64,000 bases of DNA, taken from Thermoproteota archaeon (GTDB lineage Archaea > Korarchaeota > Korarchaeia > Korarchaeales > Korarchaeaceae). Shown in pieces: positions 37,962-48,387 of this stretch (its first letter is position 1; each line of letters opens with the position of its first letter). The position numbers were made by a program, and so were the translations under genes. The stretch lies in the NCBI GenBank assembly GCA_026986575.1, contig JALSOH010000004.1, positions 819,082 to 883,081 on the forward strand. Direction: 5' to 3'. Under the pieces are notes generated by a model, which saw only the letters and a program-made list of their open reading frames with translations, had not been told where the DNA came from and ran no database searches.

Positions 37962-39296
37962 TCAGACGGCCAGTCCCGATCTGACCTTCGATATCACATA
38001 CATGAACTTACCTGACGCGGGCTTGGGCACGCTGTCCACTAGCTCCCACCTTATGATAACATCTCCCAAGACCTCCCTGATCTTCCCCTCGGGTACTGAG
38101 AGGGAGACCCTCGTCCCTCCCCTTGGAGCGATGAATATCCTGAGGGTGCTCAGATCCTCCTGAATAACTTGGAACTCCCTGACCCACTCCTCCACCCTGA
38201 AGACCCCCTCGAAGAACTCGCCCCCCAAAAGGGAGCCGTCCCTCCTCACCACGAACTCGGTGGCCCTGCCCTCAATACTACCCATCCTCGGTAGAAAGGA
38301 GCCACAAGAGCACCTCCCCTCAACCGCCCTAGCCATGTCGCCTATCTCGTACCTTATGAGAGGCATCACGTAGTTGTGTAGAGGAGTCACGACGACGTTC
38401 CCGAGCGCCCCATCCGGGGCCTTCCCGCCCGAGTCGTCGAGGATCTCTATCAAGTTGTTGAAAGAGAAAACGTGGAGGGATCCGTCACTGCACTCTCCAG
38501 CTATGGACGGGGCCTCTCTGGCCCCGTAGAAATTGTATACCCTACCGAATGCCTCCTCTATCATCTCCCTCTTCCATTTGTTTAGCGTTTCCCCGGTTGA
38601 GATCACCGCCTTCGGCCTGAACACCTCAATCCCCCTCCTGAGGGCGTACTCAGCCACGGCAGCTAGGAAGTGAGGAAGCCCCCTGAGGATGTCCGGTCTG
38701 TAATCCTCTAGCTTCCTCAGGACCCTCTCAATTAACCGTTGATCTATGAGGTAAGCGTTGAAGTAGACTGCTCCGTCAAGGAAGTGGGTCATCTTGGATA
38801 GAGGGGATATACCGCCGAGGAGTTCAGCAGCTGAGCCCCAAATGATCATTTTCCTGGCCTTCAGCAGATCTATCCCCAAGAACCAACTGTAATAGAAGAC
38901 CTCCGTGGCCTTACTCCAGCGGTAGGATCTCACATCTCTGAAGAACCTTATGGGCCTTGCTGTCGATCCTCCAGTGGTCCCGGTTGATGCCCTCATCCTT
39001 TCCATGTCTGTGGAGGTCAGATCATCGAGATGTGCCTGGACGAAGGATCTTTTGAGGACAGGGATCTCGTCAAAATGGGTTAATGGGTCTTCGAAGTTCC
39101 TCAACAGCCGAGTGTAGTGCGGTACTTTCTTTTCAGCGTACTCTAAGAGGGATCTCAGGGACTCTCTAACGAAATCCTCTAATAGCATATCACCACGCAT
39201 AATGGACTCTATCGTCCTGAGTTCCCGCCTGAAGTCCCGACCCGTCAGCCTCATCAGCGCCAATACGGCACTCTTCCTGAGGAAGCTCCCCAACAT
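37962..39296 (-). CDS. Phenylacetate-CoA ligase/CapK-like adenylate-forming enzyme
   Basis: TTGGST, STGE, YGARE, MPLIRYEIGD, GR, FQVIQ, SGKF. Confidence 0.9.
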   Translation of the reverse strand: MLGSFLRKSAVLALMRLTGRDFRRELRTIESIMRGDMLLEDFVRESLRSLLEYAEKKVPHYTRLLRNFEDPLTHFDEIPVLKRSFVQAHLDDLTSTDMERMRASTGTTGGSTARPIRFFRDVRSYRWSKATEVFYYSWFLGIDLLKARKMIIWGSAAELLGGISPLSKMTHFLDGAVYFNAYLIDQRLIERVLRKLEDYRPDILRGLPHFLAAVAEYALRRGIEVFRPKAVISTGETLNKWKREMIEEAFGRVYNFYGAREAPSIAGECSDGSLHVFSFNNLIEILDDSGGKAPDGALGNVVVTPLHNYVMPLIRYEIGDMARAVEGRCSCGSFLPRMGSIEGRATEFVVRRDGSLLGGEFFEGVFRVEEWVREFQVIQEDLSTLRIFIAPRGGTRVSLSVPEGKIREVLGDVIIRWELVDSVPKPASGKFMYVISKVRSGLAV

Positions 39297-39714
39297 TCTC
39301 CTAAAGCACCCGATGGACCCGTAAAAAGGATTGGTGATGTTGGGTGTTAGGCCAGCTAGTTGCCCCCACCAGCCCGACGGGAAATAGAACGTCATTTGTT
39401 GTGAAATGCAAGCAGGTTCCGGCTCCTAATGGCCCTCACAATGCCAACAGGCGACCGAGATCAGATCCGGTATTACAAGCTAAACGGACATAAAAAGAAC
39501 TTATTCTTTAATCCAATTATTCCTGGTAGATATCCACGCCTGATCTGAATCGTAGTTTTCAGAATGAATCTGCAGAGCCGTCAGCTTCATCATAGACGGA
39601 ACCACTTAATGAGAAATTCTAGTTCGTCAATAGACGTATATTGGGAGGTGATTGGGACTGCCGCCCTCTACTCCAGTACCCCCTTTGCCAGAGCCTAGCA
39701 CATAAAAGCTCCCT

Positions 39715-41217
39715 TCACAATTTTTTGTAGCAGGTCTCGAGATCCCTCTTCAATCTGATGACTGGGTCCTCCCATGTGAAGGTCCCACTTTCCTCATCCC
39801 ACAGATCTATGGGGAGCCTCCAGCCGGGACTTATATCCAAGAAATCCTCCGCCAAGACGAGTTGATCTCCGTAAACGGACTTCACCGTCCAAATGAGATC
39901 CCCCCTCACTTCTGGCCTAGTGACTAGGAGAGATAGCAGCCCCTCGAAGTCATCCCCCTCTATGTAATGGGTGAGTACCGATCCCACCGACCTCAGGAAG
40001 GAGTGGAAGGGTACCATCTCATCATGGGAGGCCCTCACTATCAGCATGAGTTTTTCCATGCCCTTAGGGATCCCGTGGAAGTACATCCTGATTATGTAAC
40101 CGTCCTTCCTAAGTCGGCCGAGCCTCTTCTTCGGATCAGGAATTCTCTCCCTCTTCAGGAGCTTGTGAGTGACCTTCCCGTGCTTGAAAACTAGGTTAAG
40201 TATCCTCAAATCGTTCCTGTCGAGGTTGGACTCTGGCCTCTTCACGAGAATGCTCAGGTCCCTCCCCCTAGGCTGGGGCCTGGACAATTCCTCCACCGAA
40301 TCGTACGGGCTCCTCCCAGCATCGAGAGAGAGGCCAAAGGCTGCGTCCTTCACGAGATACAGCGGGATCCTTCCATCTAGCGCATCTCTCAGGGCATCAA
40401 GACCCTGGTAGGGGTAGGACAAATATGCCCTCACGTGCGCCTCTGATGAGACCGGGATGTACGCGCTATAGGTGTACGGAAACCTCCAGAAGGCCTTCCT
40501 GCACTCTCTATTGTTGGGATACGTGATGAGGAGGGTCGTCAGACCTAACTTCCAGTTATCCACGTTCTCAGGTCCGAATATCATGCCAAGCATCCTCAGC
40601 TTCTTCAAAGACCTGCTCAGGGTGGCTCCGGTTATCCCCATCCCCCTGATCTCCCTGTCGGTAGCCAGAGGGTTCCTTGAGATGATCTCCATTATCTTGG
40701 CATCGCTCTCGGTGATCCTCACCGTCATCCCAGCGATCCTGTTGAGGAGTGCCATGTAAGTTTCGAAGTCGAGGGATCCCCTCTCAGCGGCAAGGTTAAC
40801 TATCATAAGCAGGTTCCCCACGACCCTATCCATCTCTCCCTCTTGGATGAGCGAGAGGAGTTCGTATGGATCGTAATCATGGAACGGACCTTCTGGGGAA
40901 ATTCTACACCTCAACCACAGCTTCTTGGGGGATCCCGAGTAGTACCAAGCCACATCGTGCACCTGAGGTACAACATCCACCCCCAGGACGGTATGTAGGA
41001 TCACCGCCTCCTTTTTCAGGACCTGAGGAAGCCACTTGACCACTCCTCTAGCCACGAGGAGGGCCTCTCCATCGTAACCGGTGCATCTGCCCCCAGGCAC
41101 TTCGTCGACGATCCTCACCTCCTTGGGGATAGGTCTGCGGATCTCCAATCCAGTCGACTTAGAGACATCCTCGATCTTCGCGTGCAGCTCACTGACCGGA
41201 TCCATTCGGTTGTTCAA
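39715..41217 (-). CDS. ~500-aa protein with two Lrp/AsnC-like (wHTH + effector) repeats, family B copy 1
   Basis: ESDAKIMEII..ATLSRSLKKL..G and RNDLRILNL..KRLGRLRKDG; colinear paralog of 41280-42788. Confidence 0.7.
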   Translation of the reverse strand: MNNRMDPVSELHAKIEDVSKSTGLEIRRPIPKEVRIVDEVPGGRCTGYDGEALLVARGVVKWLPQVLKKEAVILHTVLGVDVVPQVHDVAWYYSGSPKKLWLRCRISPEGPFHDYDPYELLSLIQEGEMDRVVGNLLMIVNLAAERGSLDFETYMALLNRIAGMTVRITESDAKIMEIISRNPLATDREIRGMGITGATLSRSLKKLRMLGMIFGPENVDNWKLGLTTLLITYPNNRECRKAFWRFPYTYSAYIPVSSEAHVRAYLSYPYQGLDALRDALDGRIPLYLVKDAAFGLSLDAGRSPYDSVEELSRPQPRGRDLSILVKRPESNLDRNDLRILNLVFKHGKVTHKLLKRERIPDPKKRLGRLRKDGYIIRMYFHGIPKGMEKLMLIVRASHDEMVPFHSFLRSVGSVLTHYIEGDDFEGLLSLLVTRPEVRGDLIWTVKSVYGDQLVLAEDFLDISPGWRLPIDLWDEESGTFTWEDPVIRLKRDLETCYKKL

Positions 41218-41279
41218 CCTCCCTAACCAATATTACCTTTCCTCCACCAGTCCCCGGGCCCGTCCGGTGTGATTACCAC

Positions 41280-42788
41280 CTATCCTTGTGGGACCGGCCG
41301 GGATCGAGGGAGGCACGCCTCGAGATCATCCTTTAACCTCTCGAGGGGTTCCCTCCACAAGAATTTCTGCGACCCCTCGTCCCACAGATCTATAGGGAGC
41401 CTCCAACCCGGCTTAATGTCCACGAAATCCTCGGCCAGAAGCACTCTTTCACCGTATACGGTCCTGACCACTCTGAGGATATCTCCCCTAATCTCCGGAG
41501 GGGCCATAAGCACGCCCATCAGGTAGGAGACCTCGCCCTCTAGGTGCTGAATCATCACCGATCCTCCGGATCCCAGCACCCCCAACAGGGTATCCATCTC
41601 CTCGGGTTCATCCTCCACTAGGACGATCGCCTTCTCTACGCCCATGGGTAACGTTAACCGATAGAGACTGGTGATGATTCCGGCCCCCCTCAGCTTTCTG
41701 AGCCTGGACCTAGCTTCCGGAACCCCCTTCTTGGTCAGGATGTTGACAGACACCTTTCCCTCCTCGAGGACGAAATTAAGCACGTCCAAATCGAGCTCAT
41801 CAACTCGGACAGGTGGAGACGAGGTGGCAATGAACTCCACCTTTTCTCCAAACTCTTGAGGGGTGGCCAGATTTATCGCCTCGAATGGGTCCCTGACGGG
41901 GTCGAAATTGAATCTCAGGAGGGTTTTCCTAACTAGGAATACAACCAATCCAAGGTTCCGAAGCGAGAGCAGATCGTCCATCCCTTCATATGGGTATGAG
42001 AGGTATGCATGGGCGTCGATCTCGCTCGACACAGGTACCAGCATGCTGCGCGTGTAAGGAAACCTCCAGAAAGCCTTTCTGCACTCCTTTCGGTTGGAGA
42101 ACGATATCAGAAAGGTAGACAGCCCTAGTTTATGATAATCCACGTTCTCGGGGCCAGATATCATCCTCAGAGTCCTCAACTTCCCCATGGACTTCGTCAA
42201 GGAGGATCCTCCCATCCCCCTCCTCCTGATGTAGTCAGAGGTAGCGCGTGGATTCTCTGAGATTATCCTTATCAGCTTCACGTCAGAGTCGGAGAGACCA
42301 ACGCTAGAACCGACGATCTTGTAGAGGAGAGCCATGTACATCGGGAACTCTAAGTTACCCAGCCTAGCTGAGGCGTTCACTATCCTGATGATGGTTCCGA
42401 GCACCCTGTTCCTCTCCTTAGAAGGGACCATGGAGAAAAGCCTGTAGGGGTCGTAATCGTGAAATGGGCTCCCAGGCGGGATTCTACACCTCTCCCAGAG
42501 TTCTCTGGGGGCCGAAGAGTATATCCACGCCAAGTCGTGAACTTGGGGGACCTCATCCACCTCTGGCACCATTAGAGAGATCGCAGCTTCCTTCGCCAAT
42601 ACATACGGGAGCACGTCCCCAGCCAATTTGGCGGATACTAGGAGGGCGTCGCCTTTCCTATGAGTGCACCCATTGCTGGGAAGATCCTCGACTACTCTCA
42701 TCCGCTTGGGGACGCTCCTCCTAATCTCCAAGCCAAGTAGTCTAGAGGCCCTCTCAACTTCCCTCTCGACTTCAGCGATAAAGCCCAT
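41280..42788 (-). CDS. ~500-aa protein with two Lrp/AsnC-like repeats, family B copy 2
   Basis: Shares PQVHD.AW.YS, PFHDYDPY, GPENVD..KLGL, ECRKAFWRFPYT, LAEDF.DI.PGWRLPIDLWDE with copy 1. Confidence 0.7.
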   Translation of the reverse strand: MGFIAEVEREVERASRLLGLEIRRSVPKRMRVVEDLPSNGCTHRKGDALLVSAKLAGDVLPYVLAKEAAISLMVPEVDEVPQVHDLAWIYSSAPRELWERCRIPPGSPFHDYDPYRLFSMVPSKERNRVLGTIIRIVNASARLGNLEFPMYMALLYKIVGSSVGLSDSDVKLIRIISENPRATSDYIRRRGMGGSSLTKSMGKLRTLRMISGPENVDYHKLGLSTFLISFSNRKECRKAFWRFPYTRSMLVPVSSEIDAHAYLSYPYEGMDDLLSLRNLGLVVFLVRKTLLRFNFDPVRDPFEAINLATPQEFGEKVEFIATSSPPVRVDELDLDVLNFVLEEGKVSVNILTKKGVPEARSRLRKLRGAGIITSLYRLTLPMGVEKAIVLVEDEPEEMDTLLGVLGSGGSVMIQHLEGEVSYLMGVLMAPPEIRGDILRVVRTVYGERVLLAEDFVDIKPGWRLPIDLWDEGSQKFLWREPLERLKDDLEACLPRSRPVPQG

Positions 42789-43101
42789 TCAGAGTCCTTC
42801 GAACGCTGGATTAATTTATTCGTTCCCCTCGCTGAAAGGAGAAATTGTCTAGCCTTTCTCCTCCAACTCGCACACGATGTATAGTGGCAGTTTGAGCGGT
42901 GCTCAGGGAGGAGAGGAGAGACCCGGGGATCCGACGAGAAGGATCTCGGAGACAATTGCCTAAAGGGGAGGAGAACCGGGAGATGGAGCGAGGGGGACCG
43001 AACGAATGCCCGCCCCCCATCGCTCCAATAGAGAGCGACCATTCTCTTATATAAGTTATGCGTTCGACGGACCCGCGCAGCGCTCGCGAGCCTGCGAATC
43101 G

Positions 43102-44643
43102 TCATCCTACGTCCAGGTCGCCCTCTAGAAGGAGCACGATCTCCTTCCTGACCTGATCGAGGAGCAGCATGAGGGACCTCCTGAGGGCCACCAGCTCGTA
43201 TACCCTGACGGTCCTGCTCCCCTTTCCCCTCCTCCCGACGCGCCTAGACCTCACCAGATTGAGCCTGGTGAGCTTCCCCAGATCGTCCTCGTACTCCGCC
43301 CTCTCCCCCCTGTAGATGGGTGAGAGCAGGGTCACGATCTCTGGAAGGCTGAGGCCCTCTCTCTCCTCACGGGCCTCCAGCTTCTCAGCCAAGCTCCCCC
43401 TTCCCCTGACGCAGTTCCTCAGGGAGCTAGAGTTACCCTGATGGAAGTATAGGCACAGGACCTCAGCCACCCTCTTGGCGTAATCGGACCTGCCCATGAA
43501 CTTCCCGTCCAAGAACTCCTTGGCGGCCAGGGCCTGCAGGATGGCGCACTCCCTCTCCTCCAGCGCGACGAGCACGTCGTCCACGTTGGGTTGAGATGCC
43601 CCGAGCCTGAATAGGTTAACAGATATCCTCACCGCCTTCTTCAGGTCTAGGGTCGGGAGCCAGAAACCCTCTATGTATCTCCTAAATCTCCTCTCCACGT
43701 CGAAGTTCCTCAAGAGGTGGGAGTACGTGGAGCCGAAGGTCGCGTCCCGCCATCCCGTGACGTTCCTGAGCACCTCGGGATTCAGGATCATGAGGCCGTT
43801 GACGAGGCTCCACTCCCCATGGAACCAGAGCGATGAGCTGGTGTAGAACACCTTCTGGGCGAGCACCAGATCTATGCCCATCCTGAGCATGCCCCTGACC
43901 CTCTTCCTCGCCTTCTTGTTCACCTGCCTGCTCCTGCCGAGGGACATCATCACCAGCACACCGTCTACCGAGGAGAAGACGGTATCGTAGAGCCTGTGCA
44001 CCAGCACGTCAGGTTTCCTCATCTTCAGCTTCAGGGGAGAGATCAACTCCTTGACCAGATCCAGCGGCATATCCTCCACGGGGGCCGGGAAGTACACCTC
44101 GGTGAAGAACCTCGAAGCCCTGATGTTCGGGATCTCCCTTCTCTTCAGTTCGTCATTTATGGCTCCCTTGAACTCCCCGGCCAAATCGGGCCACTCAGAA
44201 GCTAGGCGATAGAGATCGCTTGAGAGTCCGGGGCTGACCTCGACCACCTTAGACAGCCTGATGGACCTCAGGCCTGACGAGTAGATCCTCTCCTCCCAGG
44301 TCGCATCCTCCAGTACCTTTCTCACCTTCCTCCCCAGGAAACCCGGGCAAGGGTTCTCCACCGTGGGCACTGAGCCTTCCAGCTCCCTTCCTAGGAATGT
44401 GGAGCAGTTGGTGGCGAGTTTCACCCCCTCCCTTATCACATGCTCCTCGTCCCACCCAGCCCTCCTGACAGCATCGCTGCCTGACCGGTTATGGAGGATG
44501 GGAACGAATTCAGGTTCCAAGTAGACCTTGCCCAGCGTCAGGGTTACCCTCAAGTTTTCCCTCCAAGTAACCCCGACCTGTCCAACAAAAATTTCACCAC
44601 GCCGGGGGGAACCGCGTTCATGCAGGGATTGGCCGGGCACCAA
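43102..44643 (-). CDS. ~510-aa hypothetical protein with C-terminal winged helix, family A copy 1
   Basis: GLSLPEI..LGKLTRLNLV..GRRG..VRVYEL; paralog of the fragments at 58596-60100; start uncertain. Confidence 0.65.
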   Translation of the reverse strand: MVPGQSLHERGSPRRGEIFVGQVGVTWRENLRVTLTLGKVYLEPEFVPILHNRSGSDAVRRAGWDEEHVIREGVKLATNCSTFLGRELEGSVPTVENPCPGFLGRKVRKVLEDATWEERIYSSGLRSIRLSKVVEVSPGLSSDLYRLASEWPDLAGEFKGAINDELKRREIPNIRASRFFTEVYFPAPVEDMPLDLVKELISPLKLKMRKPDVLVHRLYDTVFSSVDGVLVMMSLGRSRQVNKKARKRVRGMLRMGIDLVLAQKVFYTSSSLWFHGEWSLVNGLMILNPEVLRNVTGWRDATFGSTYSHLLRNFDVERRFRRYIEGFWLPTLDLKKAVRISVNLFRLGASQPNVDDVLVALEERECAILQALAAKEFLDGKFMGRSDYAKRVAEVLCLYFHQGNSSSLRNCVRGRGSLAEKLEAREEREGLSLPEIVTLLSPIYRGERAEYEDDLGKLTRLNLVRSRRVGRRGKGSRTVRVYELVALRRSLMLLLDQVRKEIVLLLEGDLDVG

Positions 44644-44716
44644 GTCATATGCGAAGGTCTACATCTTCACTCTTCCACCTATTTTAGCACCCAGATCTCG
44701 ATAAGACAGAGAGGAA

Positions 44717-46912
44717 TTGAGGACGATCCTTATCGGGGTCGAAGATCTCGGAGTGAGGCTAGCTGAGAGGCTCATATCCACTGTCAAGAGGTCGTCCTTA
44801 TTGGAGAGGGGTGCTAAGCTCATCCTAGAGACCTACTACGTGGACGATTCCGGGAGGAGGGAGAGGCTCAGAGCATCCTACGAGCTCGACGATACATTCC
44901 TCGGGGAGAGCGAAACCCTAGTGGAGAAACTAGCCCTCGGGATCCACAAGCTGAGGGTGATACCCAAGAAGAGAGGCCTGATCTTCCCAGAGGTCAGGGG
45001 TGAGCTTAGGGTTGAGCCTGAGGACGAGGAGATAAGGGCGGTGGCAGAGGTCTATCAGCGAGCGATCCCCAGGGGAAGGGTGGCGAGGTGGTACGAGCCC
45101 CTCCTCTTCATGCTACTGGCCGGCATGATCGGCTTAGCTCTGGGAGCGATCAGGCTAGCGGCGTTCGATCCCTCAACTCCGTCCATATACCTGAAATTCC
45201 TCCTCCTCTCCTCCGTTCCCGCCTCTGTCCTCCACGCCCTCCTGTTCTTCGGAAAAGACTTCACGGATCAGCCGTCTGACGAGGTCGTGAGATCCCTTCT
45301 AAGGAGTATATCTCACTTACGTGTCCGGTCTGGGAGCCGCCTTCCTCCTCGACTATCTCTACCTGATGTTTCCCCGCCTGCAGCTCCCTTTCAGCATCTC
45401 CTTGGCGGGGATGCTTGAGGAAGAGATAATAATCATCCTCCTCGGGAGCTATGGGTCCCTGACGGGGTTGGTGATCTGGCTCCTCAGAGAGCTCAGGGCG
45501 GCGTTACCCGAGGTTCTGATTCTGGAGAGCTGGATCTCAGTGAAGAGGAGACTCATCATGATGCTCTTGGCCTCTATGGCCACGGGAGGCGCCATAGCAT
45601 CAACCCTGACCTCTTACGTATTCGAGCTGAGGTACAGCTCGCTGCTGCTTCCGGCAATTACAATACCCGTTCTGTCCCTGCTGGCCGGACTGGTCGCGGG
45701 CCTCATATCCGAGTACCTGTCTAGAGATAGGAGGTGGGATCTGGCCGCACCGCTGTTCACCGCTGCCGGGACCTACACAGTAGTTCAAGCGGCCTTAAGC
45801 TTCATATTCAGCTTCTCATCCATTCTGGGGCTTCCAATATCCCCTCTGGAGCCGTTAGTGGGCTTGAACCTCGGCTCACCAGTCACTGGAGCCTTGATAG
45901 TCCTGTTACTCCTGAGGAGGATTAGTAAGATGAAGGAACCCTGCCTCTGCATTCTCTCGGTGAGGAAGGGGATCCCAACACGGAGGGAGGCCCAGTCGCC
46001 CCTAGAGGTCTTCGGTATCGCGATCTCTCACGAGGACAGGACTCTCAACTCCGCATGGAACATCTCCCAGCTCGAGGAAGGGCTGAAGGAGTTCAGACCG
46101 GGCAGCAGGCTCAGGCTGAGGATCGATCCAACCACAGGCCCCGCAGGGGAAGTCAGGAGAAATATCGTGTCCCTCGCGGAGTACGTGGTGTGGAGGTGCG
46201 GACACCCCCTGACCTAGCGTTGCTCTTGGTCGACGCCGTCAGACCCGACCTGATGGGGTCCCTTGCATCAATCCTCGATGAAGTGAGGGTTCTGAATGTG
46301 CCCCTTATATCACTGGTGATGTTCTCCTCGTCGAGGCACGAGGGCCTAGACGGTGCCCTTAGGGAGATGGGAGAGAGAAGCAACGTGGTGCTTCTAGCTG
46401 ATCTGGAAAGAGCCCTTTCACTGGGAGAGACCATGGAGGAATCGGTGGAGGCTTTTCTAGATGAACTGACCATCGCACTCGATCTCGTCATCAGCTCCGA
46501 CAGGAGGGGCGATCCCTCCTTCAGGCTGTCCGCCTCAACTTTGGGGAAGCTGTTAAGTCATCCCGAGAGGGTCGACCCCTTCGGGACCATCGGCCTTTCG
46601 ATGCTCGACCCGGAGGCCTGCATGCAGGCGCCCTCGCCCTACAACCTGAAAGACATGGCCGCCATGACGCTGCTCAACTCCATGGCTGGATTCGACGGGG
46701 AGGAGAGGGCGTGGGGACTCCTCCTAATGAGAGGGCCTCGTGATTGCATGTACCTCTGGGCGGCTAAGGGCGAACTGGAGAGGAGGCTCGGGAGGGGGAT
46801 CGTTGGTTACTCGGTTCAAACCTCGGATGGGCCGCTGATCATGGCCGTGATCATCTCCGGACTGGAGTTGAACGACATTCATCCCTTCAGTTCCACCGAG
46901 GAGGGGGAATAG
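44717..46912 (+). CDS. Membrane-integrated, GTPase-motif-degenerate CetZ/FtsZ (tubulin superfamily)-like protein with PEGA-like and ~8-TM insertion; frameshifts near 45302 and 46205-46210
   Basis: MRTILIGVEDLGVRLAERL (strand 1/helix 1), insert, then VFGIAIS, DLALLLVDA, PLISLVM, SNVVLLAD, LSASTL..FGTIGLS, GLLLMRGP, MAVIISGL in tubulin-fold order; three ORFs join with single-base changes. Confidence 0.68.
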
Positions 46913-46914
46913 GG

Positions 46915-47796
46915 ATGGGGCTCAGGGAATGTCTGCTGAGGACCCTGGTGATCCTCTTCGTGGTGTGGGTGTTCATCATCACGGTCAGCTACCTCCAATC
47001 ACCTCGCTCTTTCCTCCTGATCCTGGACGCATCCATCAGCATGAAGGAGCCGCTCTCAATCAATGGGAATATGTCCAAAATGGAGGCTGCTAAGCTGGCC
47101 ATCTCCCGCTTCTCCAGCTCCCTGAGAGGGGAAGACAGGGTCGGCCTAATCGTCTTCTACGACTGTGACGACATAAAACTGGAGCTCCCACTGGGAAGTC
47201 CTCCTGAAGAGCTGATGAGCGCGGTCAGTAGGGTGGAGCCGGAGAACCAGACTCCCATAGCCGGAGCCCTGAGATTCGCTGACAAGCTGCTCCGGAACGT
47301 TACATTGGAGGGTAGGGAGTACCATGTGGTGCTCATAACCGATGGTGTCGAGTACTGCGGTGGCGACGCCTTGATGGCAGCGGAGGACCTCTGGATCCAC
47401 AGCGGCAGGAGAGTGAGGATCGATGTGATATCCGTAATGATCCCTCCATACCTGGAGGAGGTCATAGGCGGAGGGGGAATAGAGGGAGGACCGTCTTTCG
47501 GGGGAATTCCGACGGGGAGGAAGATACCGGTCAGGCCCCTGTATGTGAAGATGGCGGAAATGACGGGAGGCACGTTTGTGGATGTGAGGGATGCGGACAG
47601 CTTCGGTAACGCCATGGAGAGGATAGCTGAGTCGAATTGGGAGGTGGTCAAGTACCACTACTGGGGCGTGATCTTCCCGCTTGGGCTGCTCATCTGTCTA
47701 GGACTGAGGGCCCGGGAAGAGAGGTGGTGCGTGCTCCGGTGCCTCACCCTAGGTGGTAGGGAGAGTGAGCACCTACCGGAGAGGGCCCATGACTAA
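46915..47796 (+). CDS. Membrane-anchored vWA domain protein with intact MIDAS
   Basis: ILDASISM, TPIA, LITDG.E.CG; hydrophobic helices at both ends; starts 2 nt after the upstream stop. Confidence 0.9.
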   Translation: MGLRECLLRTLVILFVVWVFIITVSYLQSPRSFLLILDASISMKEPLSINGNMSKMEAAKLAISRFSSSLRGEDRVGLIVFYDCDDIKLELPLGSPPEELMSAVSRVEPENQTPIAGALRFADKLLRNVTLEGREYHVVLITDGVEYCGGDALMAAEDLWIHSGRRVRIDVISVMIPPYLEEVIGGGGIEGGPSFGGIPTGRKIPVRPLYVKMAEMTGGTFVDVRDADSFGNAMERIAESNWEVVKYHYWGVIFPLGLLICLGLRAREERWCVLRCLTLGGRESEHLPERAHD

Positions 47797-47892
47797 GAGG
47801 CGCTCGATCGAACTAGGCCTCCTCTGACCTCGACTCGTCCTCGGACCTACGCCCATTGACGGGAGTGGACCCTCCTACGCTCATCGTTATCC

Positions 47893-48387
47893 TCACTTCC
47901 CGCCGTCGGGAGGGATCAGCCTGTCCACCTTCCTGCATCTGGACAGCACTAGAAGCTTGGAGACCCCCTTAGGAGGCCTAACTTCCTCGCATTCCCTGAT
48001 CAGGGCCACGTACCTCTCGAAGGTCTCGGCATCCACGTCGTCCGCGAAAGAGAGCCTCTTCACCCTCTGAAAGACGACCTTCCTGCCCAGCTGCACCAAG
48101 TCCTCCTTGGTCACCTCGAGCTCCCCAAGATCGGATATGATCGTGGGGTTTAGTGCCGACAGGGTGTAGTCCACCCTCCTCCCCGCCTCCCTCAGACCCT
48201 CGGCCACAGGCTCGAGTCCGCCCCTGAGTCCCTCCGTGAGATCTATGAAGAGCCTTAACGCCTCGTTCACGACCTCTCCCATGGTCTTCCCGGTCCTCTT
48301 GGCTATCTCCGCCGCCCTGCTGTAGAGGAATGCATCAACGCCCCTTATGGTCACATCCTTCTTGGTCTCCTCTCCTTTGGATGACAT
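47893..48387 (-). CDS. Hypothetical protein with N-terminal ribbon-helix-helix-like motif
   Basis: DVTIRGVD..LY....AKRTGKTMGEVVNEAL; TGTT(A/C)C repeats upstream at 48425-48447. Confidence 0.7.
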   Translation of the reverse strand: MSSKGEETKKDVTIRGVDAFLYSRAAEIAKRTGKTMGEVVNEALRLFIDLTEGLRGGLEPVAEGLREAGRRVDYTLSALNPTIISDLGELEVTKEDLVQLGRKVVFQRVKRLSFADDVDAETFERYVALIRECEEVRPPKGVSKLLVLSRCRKVDRLIPPDGGK

